From the NCBI GenBank assembly GCA_963843145.1, contig CAWJJC010000027.1, positions 224,001-288,000 on the forward strand: a stretch of DNA of 64,000 nucleotides, written 5' to 3'. A program made the translations under genes and the position numbers. Under the pieces are notes generated by a model. The model had not been told where the DNA came from. It did no database searches and worked only from the letters and a program-made list of their open reading frames with translations. This DNA comes from an uncultured delta proteobacterium (lineage in GTDB: Bacteria > Desulfobacterota > RBG-13-43-22). Shown in pieces: positions 34,866 through 44,176 of the stretch (positions are counted from its first letter, which is position 1; each line of letters begins with the position of its first letter).

Positions 34866-36632
34866 TTATTCGATGTCTTTGATCTCCACGGCCTTCAGCG
34901 CAATCCCGGCCTCCTTCACCTTCCGGGAAAACTCCTCTAGCAAGGCGTTGAGCGCCAGTCGGTGATCCTCCCGGTAAAAGAGGAAGAGACTCGTCATCTT
35001 CCGTTCGACCCGGCCGCCTGCCGGACCGGCCAGGCCCAGGTCCCGAGAAACCTGCTGCAGGTGGTTCCGGATTTCTTCCATGGTCTGGAAACGGTCTTTC
35101 GGGTCTTTGCGCGTGGCCTTTTGGATAAATCGGCAGAGCCCTTCCGGTAATTCAGGGACCCAATCCCGGGGATCGGGAATTTCCCGGGTCAGGTGGGCTT
35201 CCATTAAAATGGAAGGGTCGTCCTCGGGATAAGGCCGCACCCCGGTGCTCAGCTCAAAGGTCATGATGCCCAGCGAATAGATATCGGCCCGGCCGTCAAC
35301 CAGTTCTCCTTCGATCTGTTCCGGCGAAACATAATGGGGAGTTCCCAGACTGCAGAGGGTGTCCGTGCCCGGCGGACAGGCCAGGCCGAAATCCAGGATT
35401 TTCAACTGATCGGTCGAGGGCAAAAAAATATTGGCCGGCTTAATGTCCAGATGCACCAGCCCTTTCTCATGGGCGTATTCCAATCCGGAAATAATCGGAT
35501 AGAGCAATTCCAGAATCTGGGCGACCGGCAGCGGCCCGAGTTTTTCCAGGAGGGCGTCGAGCGGGGTTCCCTCCAGGTACTCCATGATAATAAACAGTGT
35601 TCGATAACGCTCCTCAAAGTCGTAAACCTTGACGATGTGCGGGTGATTCAAAGCGGCCACGTTCCTGGCCTCCTGACGAAAATTCCGGATAAAATCCGGA
35701 TCCATGGCCATATCGTGTTTCATCATTTTGATGGCCACCGGCATTTCGAGGTCCAGGTGGCGCCCTTTATAGACGATGCTGTACCCCCCCTGGCCGATGA
35801 TATCGGTGATCAAATATTTGCCGATGGTCCGGTCGGCGGTGATATTGGAGGAAGTAAAACGGTAGGCCACCAGTTCGGTGAGGAATTCCCGCAGATCGGG
35901 ATGTTCTGTGGACAGGAGGTCAAATCGCTCCTTGGTCAACCCCCAGAGGACCAGATCGGTCTCGGCCGTCACCCGGGCGCTTCGGGGTTCCCCGGTAAGC
36001 ACGGCCATCTCGCCCACCAGATCCCCTTCCCGGAGACGGGTGATAAAGATCAATTCGCCGCCCTTCTCCAGATGGACCAAACAGGACCCCCGCTGGATGA
36101 TAAAAAAAGTATCCCCGGGATCCCCCTGGTTGATGAACCGTTCCCCGGCCGGGACCGATACGCGGAAAATGCTGTTCAGGACTGGAGCAACCGCCTTGCG
36201 GGGGATAGCCTGCAAAAGCTTGGTGCGGAGAAAAAACTCATAATCGGTTGTCAGCGGACGACGGTTGTCTCCGTTAGCCGGGGGGTGGGGGATCGGCCAT
36301 TGCTGATCCGCCGGATGAAGGTCCAGACCTAAGTGGAAGAGGCCTTCTTTTTGACTCACCGGGGCGCACCAGACGACCCGGCCCTGAAAAGGACTCCAGA
36401 TTTTTTCTTTGGGGGAGTAAACCTCCAGGCCGATGGGAGTCCCTTCCTCCAGGGCGGAATCGGTCAGGGCCAAAAACCCGTTCCGGCTTTCATTGAGGAG
36501 ATCTACAAAAAGAGGAACCCACTCCGTTGAAGCGGGGGAAAAAGGCTCCTTGAGGGAAGAATAAAGGGCGCCTATTTTCGGGACTGACCGTCCCTCCCTG
36601 GCCGATCGGCGGCGTTCCGATTGAGGATTCAT
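34866..36632 (-). CDS. PilZ + cNMP-binding + Hanks-type Ser/Thr kinase
   Basis: N-terminal ERRRSAR / NESRNG; cNMP 'QGDPGD..GEMAVLTGEPRSA'; kinase 'IGQGGYSIVY', 'VAIK', 'HLDIKPAN', 'DFG', 'GTPHYVSPEQ'. Confidence 0.9.
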   Translation of the reverse strand: MNPQSERRRSAREGRSVPKIGALYSSLKEPFSPASTEWVPLFVDLLNESRNGFLALTDSALEEGTPIGLEVYSPKEKIWSPFQGRVVWCAPVSQKEGLFHLGLDLHPADQQWPIPHPPANGDNRRPLTTDYEFFLRTKLLQAIPRKAVAPVLNSIFRVSVPAGERFINQGDPGDTFFIIQRGSCLVHLEKGGELIFITRLREGDLVGEMAVLTGEPRSARVTAETDLVLWGLTKERFDLLSTEHPDLREFLTELVAYRFTSSNITADRTIGKYLITDIIGQGGYSIVYKGRHLDLEMPVAIKMMKHDMAMDPDFIRNFRQEARNVAALNHPHIVKVYDFEERYRTLFIIMEYLEGTPLDALLEKLGPLPVAQILELLYPIISGLEYAHEKGLVHLDIKPANIFLPSTDQLKILDFGLACPPGTDTLCSLGTPHYVSPEQIEGELVDGRADIYSLGIMTFELSTGVRPYPEDDPSILMEAHLTREIPDPRDWVPELPEGLCRFIQKATRKDPKDRFQTMEEIRNHLQQVSRDLGLAGPAGGRVERKMTSLFLFYREDHRLALNALLEEFSRKVKEAGIALKAVEIKDIE

Positions 36633-36688
36633 GCTTCTCCCCTTGTTCTTTGGATAGTAATAAATGCTAGGACATTAATTCTGAAAAC

Positions 36689-37261
36689 TTAATAAAACCC
36701 CAGCTTCTGGCCCGGCGTTTCCACATAAGATATGCCGTCGGTCTTCAATTTTTCATTAAATTCCTTCCAGAATGGTTCATCATCCATTTGCCAATCCGGT
36801 CCAAAGCGCCGGCTGAAATAATCGCCCAACCGTTCAAACAGGCGCCGCCAACCCGCGATCGGTTCGTGGGCTAGGACATCCTCCAGGAAGGGAACTATTT
36901 CTCCGATCTTTTCTTTCGGCAGATAGGCCCTGGCGCCCTGCTCTATGGCTTTCTTCAGGGTTTCGGGAGAGAAGGCATGAGCCGTGAGCATCACCACCGG
37001 AAATTTTCGCTTCACCGCCTGGGTCAGGAGGTCAAAGCCCCGAACGCCCATGATATCCAAAATAACCAGATCGTAGGAAATCGAGCTCAGCAAATCCACG
37101 GCCCACTCGTACGTCTCGGCCTTGTTCACCCTACAGTTCGTACAGGCCTCGCCGATCTCTTCCTCCAGCAGGCTGAGGATATCCGGCTCGTCATCTACAA
37201 TCAAGATACTTATATTCTGAAGCTTGGAGTCCATGGTCCTTATCCCTTCCTGATCGGCCAT
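36689..37261 (-). CDS. Single-domain response regulator (paralogue of 34313-34819)
   Basis: Same REC motifs and 'RFGPDWQ' tail; alternative start at MDSK. Confidence 0.9.
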   Translation of the reverse strand: MADQEGIRTMDSKLQNISILIVDDEPDILSLLEEEIGEACTNCRVNKAETYEWAVDLLSSISYDLVILDIMGVRGFDLLTQAVKRKFPVVMLTAHAFSPETLKKAIEQGARAYLPKEKIGEIVPFLEDVLAHEPIAGWRRLFERLGDYFSRRFGPDWQMDDEPFWKEFNEKLKTDGISYVETPGQKLGFY

Positions 37262-37286
37262 TCGGGGGTGTCAACAAAATCGTCCG

Positions 37287-38594
37287 TTATTTAATCACCA
37301 CCCGGTCGAAGCGGCCCCCGATTTGGCCCGAAAAAGAGTTCCAGAACCTGGTATCCTTCTGCTGCCAGTCCGGGCCGAAGCGGCGGTCAAAAAAATCTCC
37401 CATGCGGCCGAACAGGCGATTCCAACCCTCTTCATTTCCGTATAGCAGGATATCCTCCAGGAAGGGAACTACATCCCCCAGTTTCTCCTTGGGCAGATAG
37501 GCCCGGGCGCCCTTCTCAATGGACTTTTTCAGGGACTCCGCGGACAAGGCATGGGCCGTCAACATAGCCACCGGCAACCCTCGTCTTTTGGCCTCGTCCA
37601 GCAGCTCGAAACCCCGGACCCCCATAATGTCCAGGATCACCAGATCGAATGGTTCCTTGGCCAGATACTCCATGGCCTGATCATAGTTCGTGGCCCGTAG
37701 AATCCGACATCCCCGGCATTCCGCGTTAATCTCCTCCTCCAAGATATCCAGAACATCGGGTTCATCGTCCACCGCTAAGATAGATTTATCGTTCAGAATT
37801 GAATCCTTACCCATTGCCGACTCCTTTCTTCGGTATAGAGGGGGAATGATAACGGTGAAGGTTGTACCCGCCCCTTCCCGACTTTTCAATGTGATTTCAC
37901 CTCCCATGGCCTCGACCAGAGTCTTCACACCGGCCAAGCCCAGGCCCAACCCCGCCAAAGGAAAGACGGCAGCCGGCTCCAATTGAACAAATCGACCAAA
38001 AATCGTTTTCTGCCCCTCGGTCGAGATCCCCGGCCCGTCATCTTCTACCTGAATGACTAAATCCGCCTCTCCGGCAATCTGAATCCGGACTTTTTTTCGG
38101 CGGTATTTCAAGGCGTTGCTGATCAGGTTGCGCAGTATTTGCTGGATCTTTCGTTGGTCATGGCAAAAAAAAGAGCTGCAGAATCTTCCTTCGACCCGAA
38201 AGAAAATCCCCTGGGATTCCAAGAGGGTCTGAAATTCATGGGGTTGGACGGCTTGGAGAAGCCGATCATGAATCTGGGGCAGCGTTACCCCCAGGGCATC
38301 CATCAAGGCCTCCCGCAAAGCCGGTTCCAGGTAAAAATATTCCCGTTGGAAAATCCCCTCCTCGGAGCGCAGGATTTCAATCATCTCCTGGATCAAGCAC
38401 TGGGACTTTTGGACGTTCCGAGCGATTCGCTCCATAACCTGACTCTGTTTTTCATTCAAAGGCCCGTACCGTTCCCCTCGATGGAGGAGGTTATGGACAC
38501 TGGTGGCCGCAACCGCCAAGGGGCTGCGCAGGTCATGGATGAGAAGGTCGAAAAGACGTTCCTTGTCCTGGAGAGGGTATTTATCTTGGGTCAT
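37287..38594 (-). CDS. Sensor-less histidine kinase fused to a third paralogous receiver domain
   Basis: H-box HDLRSPL, N-box NLISNALKY, G1 DDGPGI, G2 GLGLGL; then REC. An internal AAGGAG+ATG (MGKDS) could mark a separate start. Confidence 0.85.
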   Translation of the reverse strand: MTQDKYPLQDKERLFDLLIHDLRSPLAVAATSVHNLLHRGERYGPLNEKQSQVMERIARNVQKSQCLIQEMIEILRSEEGIFQREYFYLEPALREALMDALGVTLPQIHDRLLQAVQPHEFQTLLESQGIFFRVEGRFCSSFFCHDQRKIQQILRNLISNALKYRRKKVRIQIAGEADLVIQVEDDGPGISTEGQKTIFGRFVQLEPAAVFPLAGLGLGLAGVKTLVEAMGGEITLKSREGAGTTFTVIIPPLYRRKESAMGKDSILNDKSILAVDDEPDVLDILEEEINAECRGCRILRATNYDQAMEYLAKEPFDLVILDIMGVRGFELLDEAKRRGLPVAMLTAHALSAESLKKSIEKGARAYLPKEKLGDVVPFLEDILLYGNEEGWNRLFGRMGDFFDRRFGPDWQQKDTRFWNSFSGQIGGRFDRVVIK

Positions 38595-38781
38595 AGCGCT
38601 CCTGATGGTTCCGAGGCTTCCATTTGAATTTTTGGTTTAAATTTGAAATCCGAAACAAATCCAAATGCCCGCATAGCAACTTCATCCTAATAAAGAGTCA
38701 TCCCGCTAAATACAATAAAGAAAGCGATAAGAATTTAGCCTAATAATTGCTTTTTATCAACTCCTTTTCAAGGGGGAGATC

Positions 38782-38840
38782 TTGACAGTCTGGAGGGATT
38801 CGTTTATAACTGTAAACCTTATTGAACAAATTGGTTAACA
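38782..38840 (+). promoter_or_regulatory. sigma70 promoter and BirA operator of the bio operon
   Basis: TTGACA(38782)-N17-TATAAC(38805), immediately followed by TGTAAACC-N14-GGTTAACA (38811-38840), matching the BirA box. Confidence 0.85.
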
Positions 38841-38853
38841 GACAGGAGAAACC

Positions 38854-39840
38854 TTGAATCTATCTCTTTTGGCCGATTACGCCCGGAAAGTGATCGCGGG
38901 CGAGGCCCTCACCAAAAAAGAAGCCCTCTGGGTAGCCCGCTTAAAAAAGCCTGAGCATATTCTGGAACTGCTCTTTTGGGCCAATCGGATACGGAATCAT
39001 TACAAAGGAAAAATCGTCGATCTGTGTGCCATCGTCAATGCCAAGTCCGGGAGCTGTTCGGAGGACTGTACCTTTTGCGCCCAATCTTCCCATTATCCGG
39101 CCAGGACCAAAAAGTATCCCCTGCTGAGCGAATCCGACCTCCTGGAGGCCGCCGGCCGGGCCGGGTCCCTGGGGGCGGCCCGGTTCAGTCTGGTCACCAG
39201 CGGCCGTTCCCTGCTGAGTCCAAAGGAACTGGACCGGATCTGTCGGGTAGTCTCCCACCTGGGGGAAAAGAAGAAGATCAGTCCCTGCGCCTCTCTGGGC
39301 CTATTGACCCCGGAACAGGCCGGGTCTTTAAAGAAAGCCGGGCTTGTCCGGTACCATCACAATCTAGAGACAGGACCTAGGCATTACCCGTCCATTTGCA
39401 CTACCCACTCTTTCTCCGATCGCCTGGCCACGCTCCGCACCGCCCGGGAGGCCGGCTTCGATCTTTGTTCCGGAGGGATCTTCGGGTTGGGTGAAACGTT
39501 GAACGACCGGGTGGAGCTGGCCTTCATTCTCAAAAAAATGAAGGTGGACTCGGTGCCCTTGAATTTTTTGAATCCTATCCCCGGGACGCCGCTGGCCTCC
39601 CAGCCGCCCCTTTCGCCGCTGGAGATTTTAAAATCCATCGCTTTGTTCCGTTTGATCCTGCCCCAAGCCGACATCCGCACCTGCGGGGGCCGGGAAAAAG
39701 GGCTGCGAACCCTGCAGCCGCTGATGTACCTGGCCGGCTGTAACGGGACCATGATCGGGAATTATCTGACCACCGAGGGGCGAAGCCCGGAAACGGATAT
39801 ACAGGAAATAATCGACCTGGGGCTTACGCCCAGAGTGTAG
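38854..39840 (+). CDS. bioB: Biotin synthase
   Basis: Radical SAM CSEDCTFCAQS, 'YHHNLET', 'CSGGIFGLGE', 'SVPLNFLNPIPGTP', 'GNYLTT'. Confidence 0.97.
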   Translation: MNLSLLADYARKVIAGEALTKKEALWVARLKKPEHILELLFWANRIRNHYKGKIVDLCAIVNAKSGSCSEDCTFCAQSSHYPARTKKYPLLSESDLLEAAGRAGSLGAARFSLVTSGRSLLSPKELDRICRVVSHLGEKKKISPCASLGLLTPEQAGSLKKAGLVRYHHNLETGPRHYPSICTTHSFSDRLATLRTAREAGFDLCSGGIFGLGETLNDRVELAFILKKMKVDSVPLNFLNPIPGTPLASQPPLSPLEILKSIALFRLILPQADIRTCGGREKGLRTLQPLMYLAGCNGTMIGNYLTTEGRSPETDIQEIIDLGLTPRV

Positions 39841-39847
39841 ATATAAG

Positions 39848-41326
39848 ATGGAAGACGGAAGACGGAAGAGGGAAGAAAAAAAACGGCGGGAAAAGAGCAA
39901 CCCGACCCCTTTGGCGCTCAGCGCTCAGCGCTCAGCCCTTTGCGCTTTGCGTGAAAAAACTGAACCCGCTCAAGAGCGGAACCAAAAAAAACTAGCCCGC
40001 TGGGATCATCACTATCTCTGGCACCCTTTTACTCCCCAGCAGTATTGGGAAAGGGAAGAGCCGTTGATCATCGAGCGCGGCCGGGGATTCTATCTTTATG
40101 ATACCCGGGGTAATCGCTATATCGACGGCGTTTCCTCCCTCTGGGTAACCGTACACGGGCATGGCCACCCGAAACTGAATCGGGCCATTAAAGCCCAACT
40201 TGCGCGGATGGCCCATTCTACCCTGCTCGGTCTTTCCCACCCGCCGGCCATCACCCTGGCCAGGGAGCTGATTCAGGCGGCGCCCGAAGGCCTGCAACGG
40301 GTCTTCTATTCCGACTCCGGATCTACCGCGGTGGAGGTCGCCCTGAAGATGGCTTACCAGTTCTGGGCCAATCAGGGGCGGCGGGACAAAAAGACCTTTC
40401 TCTGCCTGGAAAATGCCTATCACGGGGATACGCTGGGGGCCGTTAGCGTGGGAGGCATCGCGCTGTTTCACCAGGTCTATCAACCCCTGCTCTTTAAAAC
40501 GGTTCAAGCCCCTTCCCCCTACTGTTACCGCTGCCCGCTCCGAAAAAAACCGGATACCTGTCGGATCCAATGTCTGGATCGCCTGGAGCAGGTCATGGCC
40601 CGGCGCCATCGCTCCCTAGCCGCCTTTATTTTGGAACCGCTGGTTCAAGGAGCGGCTGGGATGATCACCTTCCCCTCCGGGTACTTGAAAAGGGCCCGCG
40701 AACTATGTGATCATTATAAAATCCTGATGATCGCCGATGAGGTGGCCGTGGGTTTTGGCCGGACCGGGACCCTTTTTGCCTGTGACCAGGAAAAAGTAAC
40801 CCCGGACCTGCTCTGCCTGGGAAAAGGGATTACCGGCGGGTATCTCCCCCTGGCGGCCACTTTGACCACCGAGACCCTGTACCAGGCCTTTTTAGGTCCG
40901 GTGGAGGCCTTAAAAACCTTTTACCACGGACACACTTACACGGGGAATCCTTTGGCCTGTGCCGTGGCGCTTGAGAATCTAAGTCTGATGCACGAACAGA
41001 ATTTTTTCAAAAAACTTCAAGAAAAAATTCTGTATATGAAAGGGCTGCTGGAGCCTTTTGACGGGCTGAGACAGGTGGGGGAAGTCCGACAGAAGGGGTT
41101 GATGGTGGGCATCGAACTGGTTCAGGACAAAGGATCCAAGATCGCTTACCCGCTGGAAACCCGCATGGGTCATCGGGTTATTCTCGAGGCCCGGAATCAG
41201 GGGATCATCATCCGCCCCCTGGGAGACGTCATCGTTCTCCTGCCGCCACTGGGTATCTCGCTGCCGGGCTTGAAACAGTTGGTTCAGGGAACCTACCGGG
41301 CCATAGAAAAGGTTACCGGGCCTTAA
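39848..41326 (+). CDS. bioA: DAPA aminotransferase
   Basis: 'WHPFT', 'DGVSSLW', 'SGSTAVEVALKMA', 'YHGDT', 'DEVAVGFGRTG', 'GKGITGG', 'HGHTYTGNP'. Confidence 0.97.
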   Translation: MEDGRRKREEKKRREKSNPTPLALSAQRSALCALREKTEPAQERNQKKLARWDHHYLWHPFTPQQYWEREEPLIIERGRGFYLYDTRGNRYIDGVSSLWVTVHGHGHPKLNRAIKAQLARMAHSTLLGLSHPPAITLARELIQAAPEGLQRVFYSDSGSTAVEVALKMAYQFWANQGRRDKKTFLCLENAYHGDTLGAVSVGGIALFHQVYQPLLFKTVQAPSPYCYRCPLRKKPDTCRIQCLDRLEQVMARRHRSLAAFILEPLVQGAAGMITFPSGYLKRARELCDHYKILMIADEVAVGFGRTGTLFACDQEKVTPDLLCLGKGITGGYLPLAATLTTETLYQAFLGPVEALKTFYHGHTYTGNPLACAVALENLSLMHEQNFFKKLQEKILYMKGLLEPFDGLRQVGEVRQKGLMVGIELVQDKGSKIAYPLETRMGHRVILEARNQGIIIRPLGDVIVLLPPLGISLPGLKQLVQGTYRAIEKVTGP

Positions 41327-41394
41327 TGAAAATACCCTATGACCTTTCATTATCCCTCCACCTCTGGATGGACTTCGGAAGGGTTATTGAAAAG

Positions 41395-41534
41395 ATGAAC
41401 GTCGAACATCGAACTTCCAACATCGAATGTTCAATGGGAAGAGATGAAGAAACAGAAATAGGTGCTCCAATTCGTAAAAGAGGTTTGTTTTTCATTCGAG
41501 GTTGGGCGTTCGATGTTCAATGTTCGACGTTCAT
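41395..41534. repeat. Inverted pair of heptamer arrays (long hairpin) between bioA and bioF
   Basis: atgaacgtcgaacatcgaac... (41395-41429) versus ...gttcgatgttcaatgttcgacgttcat (41493-41534). Confidence 0.85.
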
Positions 41535-41540
41535 TACTAT

Positions 41541-42713
41541 ATGATTCCTGATTCTTTCCTTCGCTTTTATGATGCCGAACTGTCCCGTTTCCGGCAGAAT
41601 GGCCTTTACCGCTCGCTGCGCGTGGTGGAGGGCCCGATCGGTCCGACTATCCAAATCGATGGCCGGTCCCTGATCCAGTTTTCCTCCAATGACTATTTAG
41701 GGCTGGCCACCCATCCCCGGATGATCGAAGAGGCGGGGGCCGTCACGAAACAATTGGGGACCGGTATGGGGGCCTCCCGGCTAATTTCCGGAAATCAACA
41801 AAACCATTCCCAACTGGAAAAGGAATTGGCTCTTTTCAAAGAGACCGGGGCCGCCCTTATCTTCTCCTCGGGTTATCTCACCCATATCGGGACCATTCCC
41901 GCACTGGTTGGGGAAGGTGATTTGATCTTCAGCGATGCCCTCAACCACGCCAGTTTGGTGGATGCCTGCCGCCTCAGTTCGGCCAAAGTGGAAATTTACC
42001 CTCACTTGCAGGTTGATTTTATTAAAAAACGGCTCCAGGGTACCCCCCCCAGACCCGGCACCCGGATACTCATAGCCACGGACGGGGTTTTCAGCATGGA
42101 CGGCGACCTGGCACCGCTTCCGGAACTGATGAAACTGTCTGAAAAATTCGGAGCTCTGGTTCTGGTCGATGACGCCCATGCCACCGGGGTTTTGGGTCCC
42201 CGGGGGGAAGGCTCCGCGGGATACTGGCAACTGGACCCGGAGGGACTGTTGACCATGGGGACTTTCAGCAAGGCCCTGGGGTCCTTGGGCGGTTTTATTA
42301 GCGGACCTGAAACGGTGATCGAGTACCTGCGCAACACCGCTCGAACCCTCTTCTATTCCACGGCGCTACCACCCTCGGTCTGCGCGGCCGCACGCTGCGC
42401 CCTGCGTCTGCTGGCGGATGAACCCCAACGGCTTCAAACGCTCCGGGCCAATATCGTCTATTTTCAGCAAGGCTTGAAAAGGATCGGGATCGACCCCTCC
42501 GCGCATCCGGTGCCGATCATTCCGATCGTCGTGGGGTCGGAGGACAAGGCCCTGCGTCTTTCCGAAGCCCTGGGGGACAGGGGGCTCTTTATTCCGGCCA
42601 TCCGCCCGCCCACCGTACCCGCCAACCAGTGCCGCCTGCGGATCAGTCTCATGGCCACCCATACCCGGGAACACCTGGATGAACTTTTGTCGGCGTTGCG
42701 GGCGTTGCTTTAG
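41541..42713 (+). CDS. bioF: 8-amino-7-oxononanoate synthase
   Basis: 'FSSNDYLGL', 'SDALNHAS', 'DGVFSMDGD', 'DDAHATG', 'TFSKALG', 'AIRPPTVP'. Confidence 0.96.
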   Translation: MIPDSFLRFYDAELSRFRQNGLYRSLRVVEGPIGPTIQIDGRSLIQFSSNDYLGLATHPRMIEEAGAVTKQLGTGMGASRLISGNQQNHSQLEKELALFKETGAALIFSSGYLTHIGTIPALVGEGDLIFSDALNHASLVDACRLSSAKVEIYPHLQVDFIKKRLQGTPPRPGTRILIATDGVFSMDGDLAPLPELMKLSEKFGALVLVDDAHATGVLGPRGEGSAGYWQLDPEGLLTMGTFSKALGSLGGFISGPETVIEYLRNTARTLFYSTALPPSVCAAARCALRLLADEPQRLQTLRANIVYFQQGLKRIGIDPSAHPVPIIPIVVGSEDKALRLSEALGDRGLFIPAIRPPTVPANQCRLRISLMATHTREHLDELLSALRALL

Positions 42714-42813
42714 GAGGAAAGAGTAAGAGGAACAGGGTGTAGGGTAGAGGGTCTCGGGGGTAGAGAAAGATGCAAAGGATACTGAATATGAATAACGTAG
42801 CCCGATTAAGGAG

Positions 42814-43656
42814 ATGATTTTTCGCCGAACGCCGAACACCGAACACTCAACAGCAATTGCTCGGCACCGAACAACGAACGCGGGTCCGGGTATCTTCATT
42901 ACCGGGACCGACACCGGGGTGGGAAAGACCATCGTTTCCGCCGCCTTGATTCTGGCCCTAAAGAAACAGGGAATTGACTGCGGTTACTTTAAACCGGCGG
43001 CCAGCGGAGCGGTAAAAACCAAAACCGGATGGATGTCGCCGGATCTGCGGCTGATCTTGAATACCACTGGACTGATGGATCCTCCGCCTTTGATGAACCC
43101 GGTCTGCCTCGTCCCCCCCTTGGCCCCGCTGCCGGCAGCCGAATACTCCGGGGTCGAATGGTCTCGATCTATAATCAATAAAGCCCTCAAACTTCTCCAG
43201 CGTTATCACGACTTCCTGGTGGTGGAAGGGGTGGGTGGGCTGATGGTGCCCTTGAAAAAAAAGTTCTGGGTGATCGACCTGATTAAACAGGTAGGGTTTC
43301 CAGTCCTGGTAATCGGACGTCCAAACCTGGGCACGATCAACCATACCCTGATGACACTGACCCTGCTTAAATTGCATGGGATCAAAGTGTTGGGCTTCTT
43401 GTTTAACGGGCAAAAAGGCAAACCCGACATGGCCGAAAGAACCGCCCCCCAAATTATCCAAGGCTATTCAAAAATCCCCTATTGGGGGACCCTGCCCTGG
43501 GACCCAAGGGTGTCCGAAGAAAAATTTCGGCTGGGTTCAATTCCCCATCGGTTGGAGGTCATAGTGACTCGTTATATAAAATCCTTGAATGCCGGCTCAA
43601 TCTCATCCTTACCGAAAACATCCTCTATGGAGGGGAGGCATTCAAGGATTCTATGA
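42814..43656 (+). CDS. bioD: Dethiobiotin synthetase
   Basis: 'FITGTDTGVGKT', 'FKP', 'VEGVGGLMVP', 'LGTINHT'. Confidence 0.95.
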   Translation: MIFRRTPNTEHSTAIARHRTTNAGPGIFITGTDTGVGKTIVSAALILALKKQGIDCGYFKPAASGAVKTKTGWMSPDLRLILNTTGLMDPPPLMNPVCLVPPLAPLPAAEYSGVEWSRSIINKALKLLQRYHDFLVVEGVGGLMVPLKKKFWVIDLIKQVGFPVLVIGRPNLGTINHTLMTLTLLKLHGIKVLGFLFNGQKGKPDMAERTAPQIIQGYSKIPYWGTLPWDPRVSEEKFRLGSIPHRLEVIVTRYIKSLNAGSISSLPKTSSMEGRHSRIL

Positions 43657-43922
43657 AGATCAGCCTGACTTTCCTGGAAGGGACCGGGACCTGCGCCCGT
43701 TGCGGTCTAAAAAAAATCGACCTGGATTTTGCCGGGCAGACGCTGGAGGATCTGTTGCGCTTGCTCCCGGAGAATCTGGGTCCGGAGGTGGAAAACGACT
43801 TAAAAGATCCGGCCTTGCAACTGATCCTCAACGGCCGGATTCTGGCAGCCCCCTTTGATCGGCGAGAGGAATTGCATCCCGGAGACCAGCTCACTTTTTT
43901 GAAGGCCCTCGATGGAGGCTAA
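43653..43922 (+). CDS. MoaD/ThiS-family ubiquitin-like protein
   Basis: MKISLTFL...LILNGR...LHPGDQLTFLKALDGG* with C-terminal GG; GGAGG RBS; ATGA overlap with bioD. Confidence 0.85.
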   Translation: MKISLTFLEGTGTCARCGLKKIDLDFAGQTLEDLLRLLPENLGPEVENDLKDPALQLILNGRILAAPFDRREELHPGDQLTFLKALDGG

Positions 43923-43993
43923 TCCCTAATATAATTCTTGACAATTACCGGGTTCTTTTTGGATACTTAATCTACCTACCTTTGGTGGCGTAA

Positions 43994-44176
43994 ACGAAGC
44001 ATGAAAATAAGGATTGACCATGATTCGTCATTCCGGACAAACGAAGTGCGATCCGGAATCCAGCCTCGGGCAAGCTCCGGAGGTCCTGGATACCGGATCA
44101 AGTCCGGTATGACGACCGTGGACAAAAGCCTAAAAAACGGTATTCAATTTTATTTACATACTAAACTCCTATGGCC
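43994..44176 (+). repeat. ~180-bp REP-containing element, copy 1
   Basis: acgaagcatgaaaat..cgtcattccggac..gcgatccggaatccag..gtccggtatgacg..gcctaaaaa..cctatg; second copy at 50713-50897. Confidence 0.8.

Noticed and set aside
41326-41544. 72-aa ORF between bioA and bioF
   Set aside because: Composed of the inverted heptamer arrays (NVEHRTSNIE / FDVQCSTF); likely not a gene.
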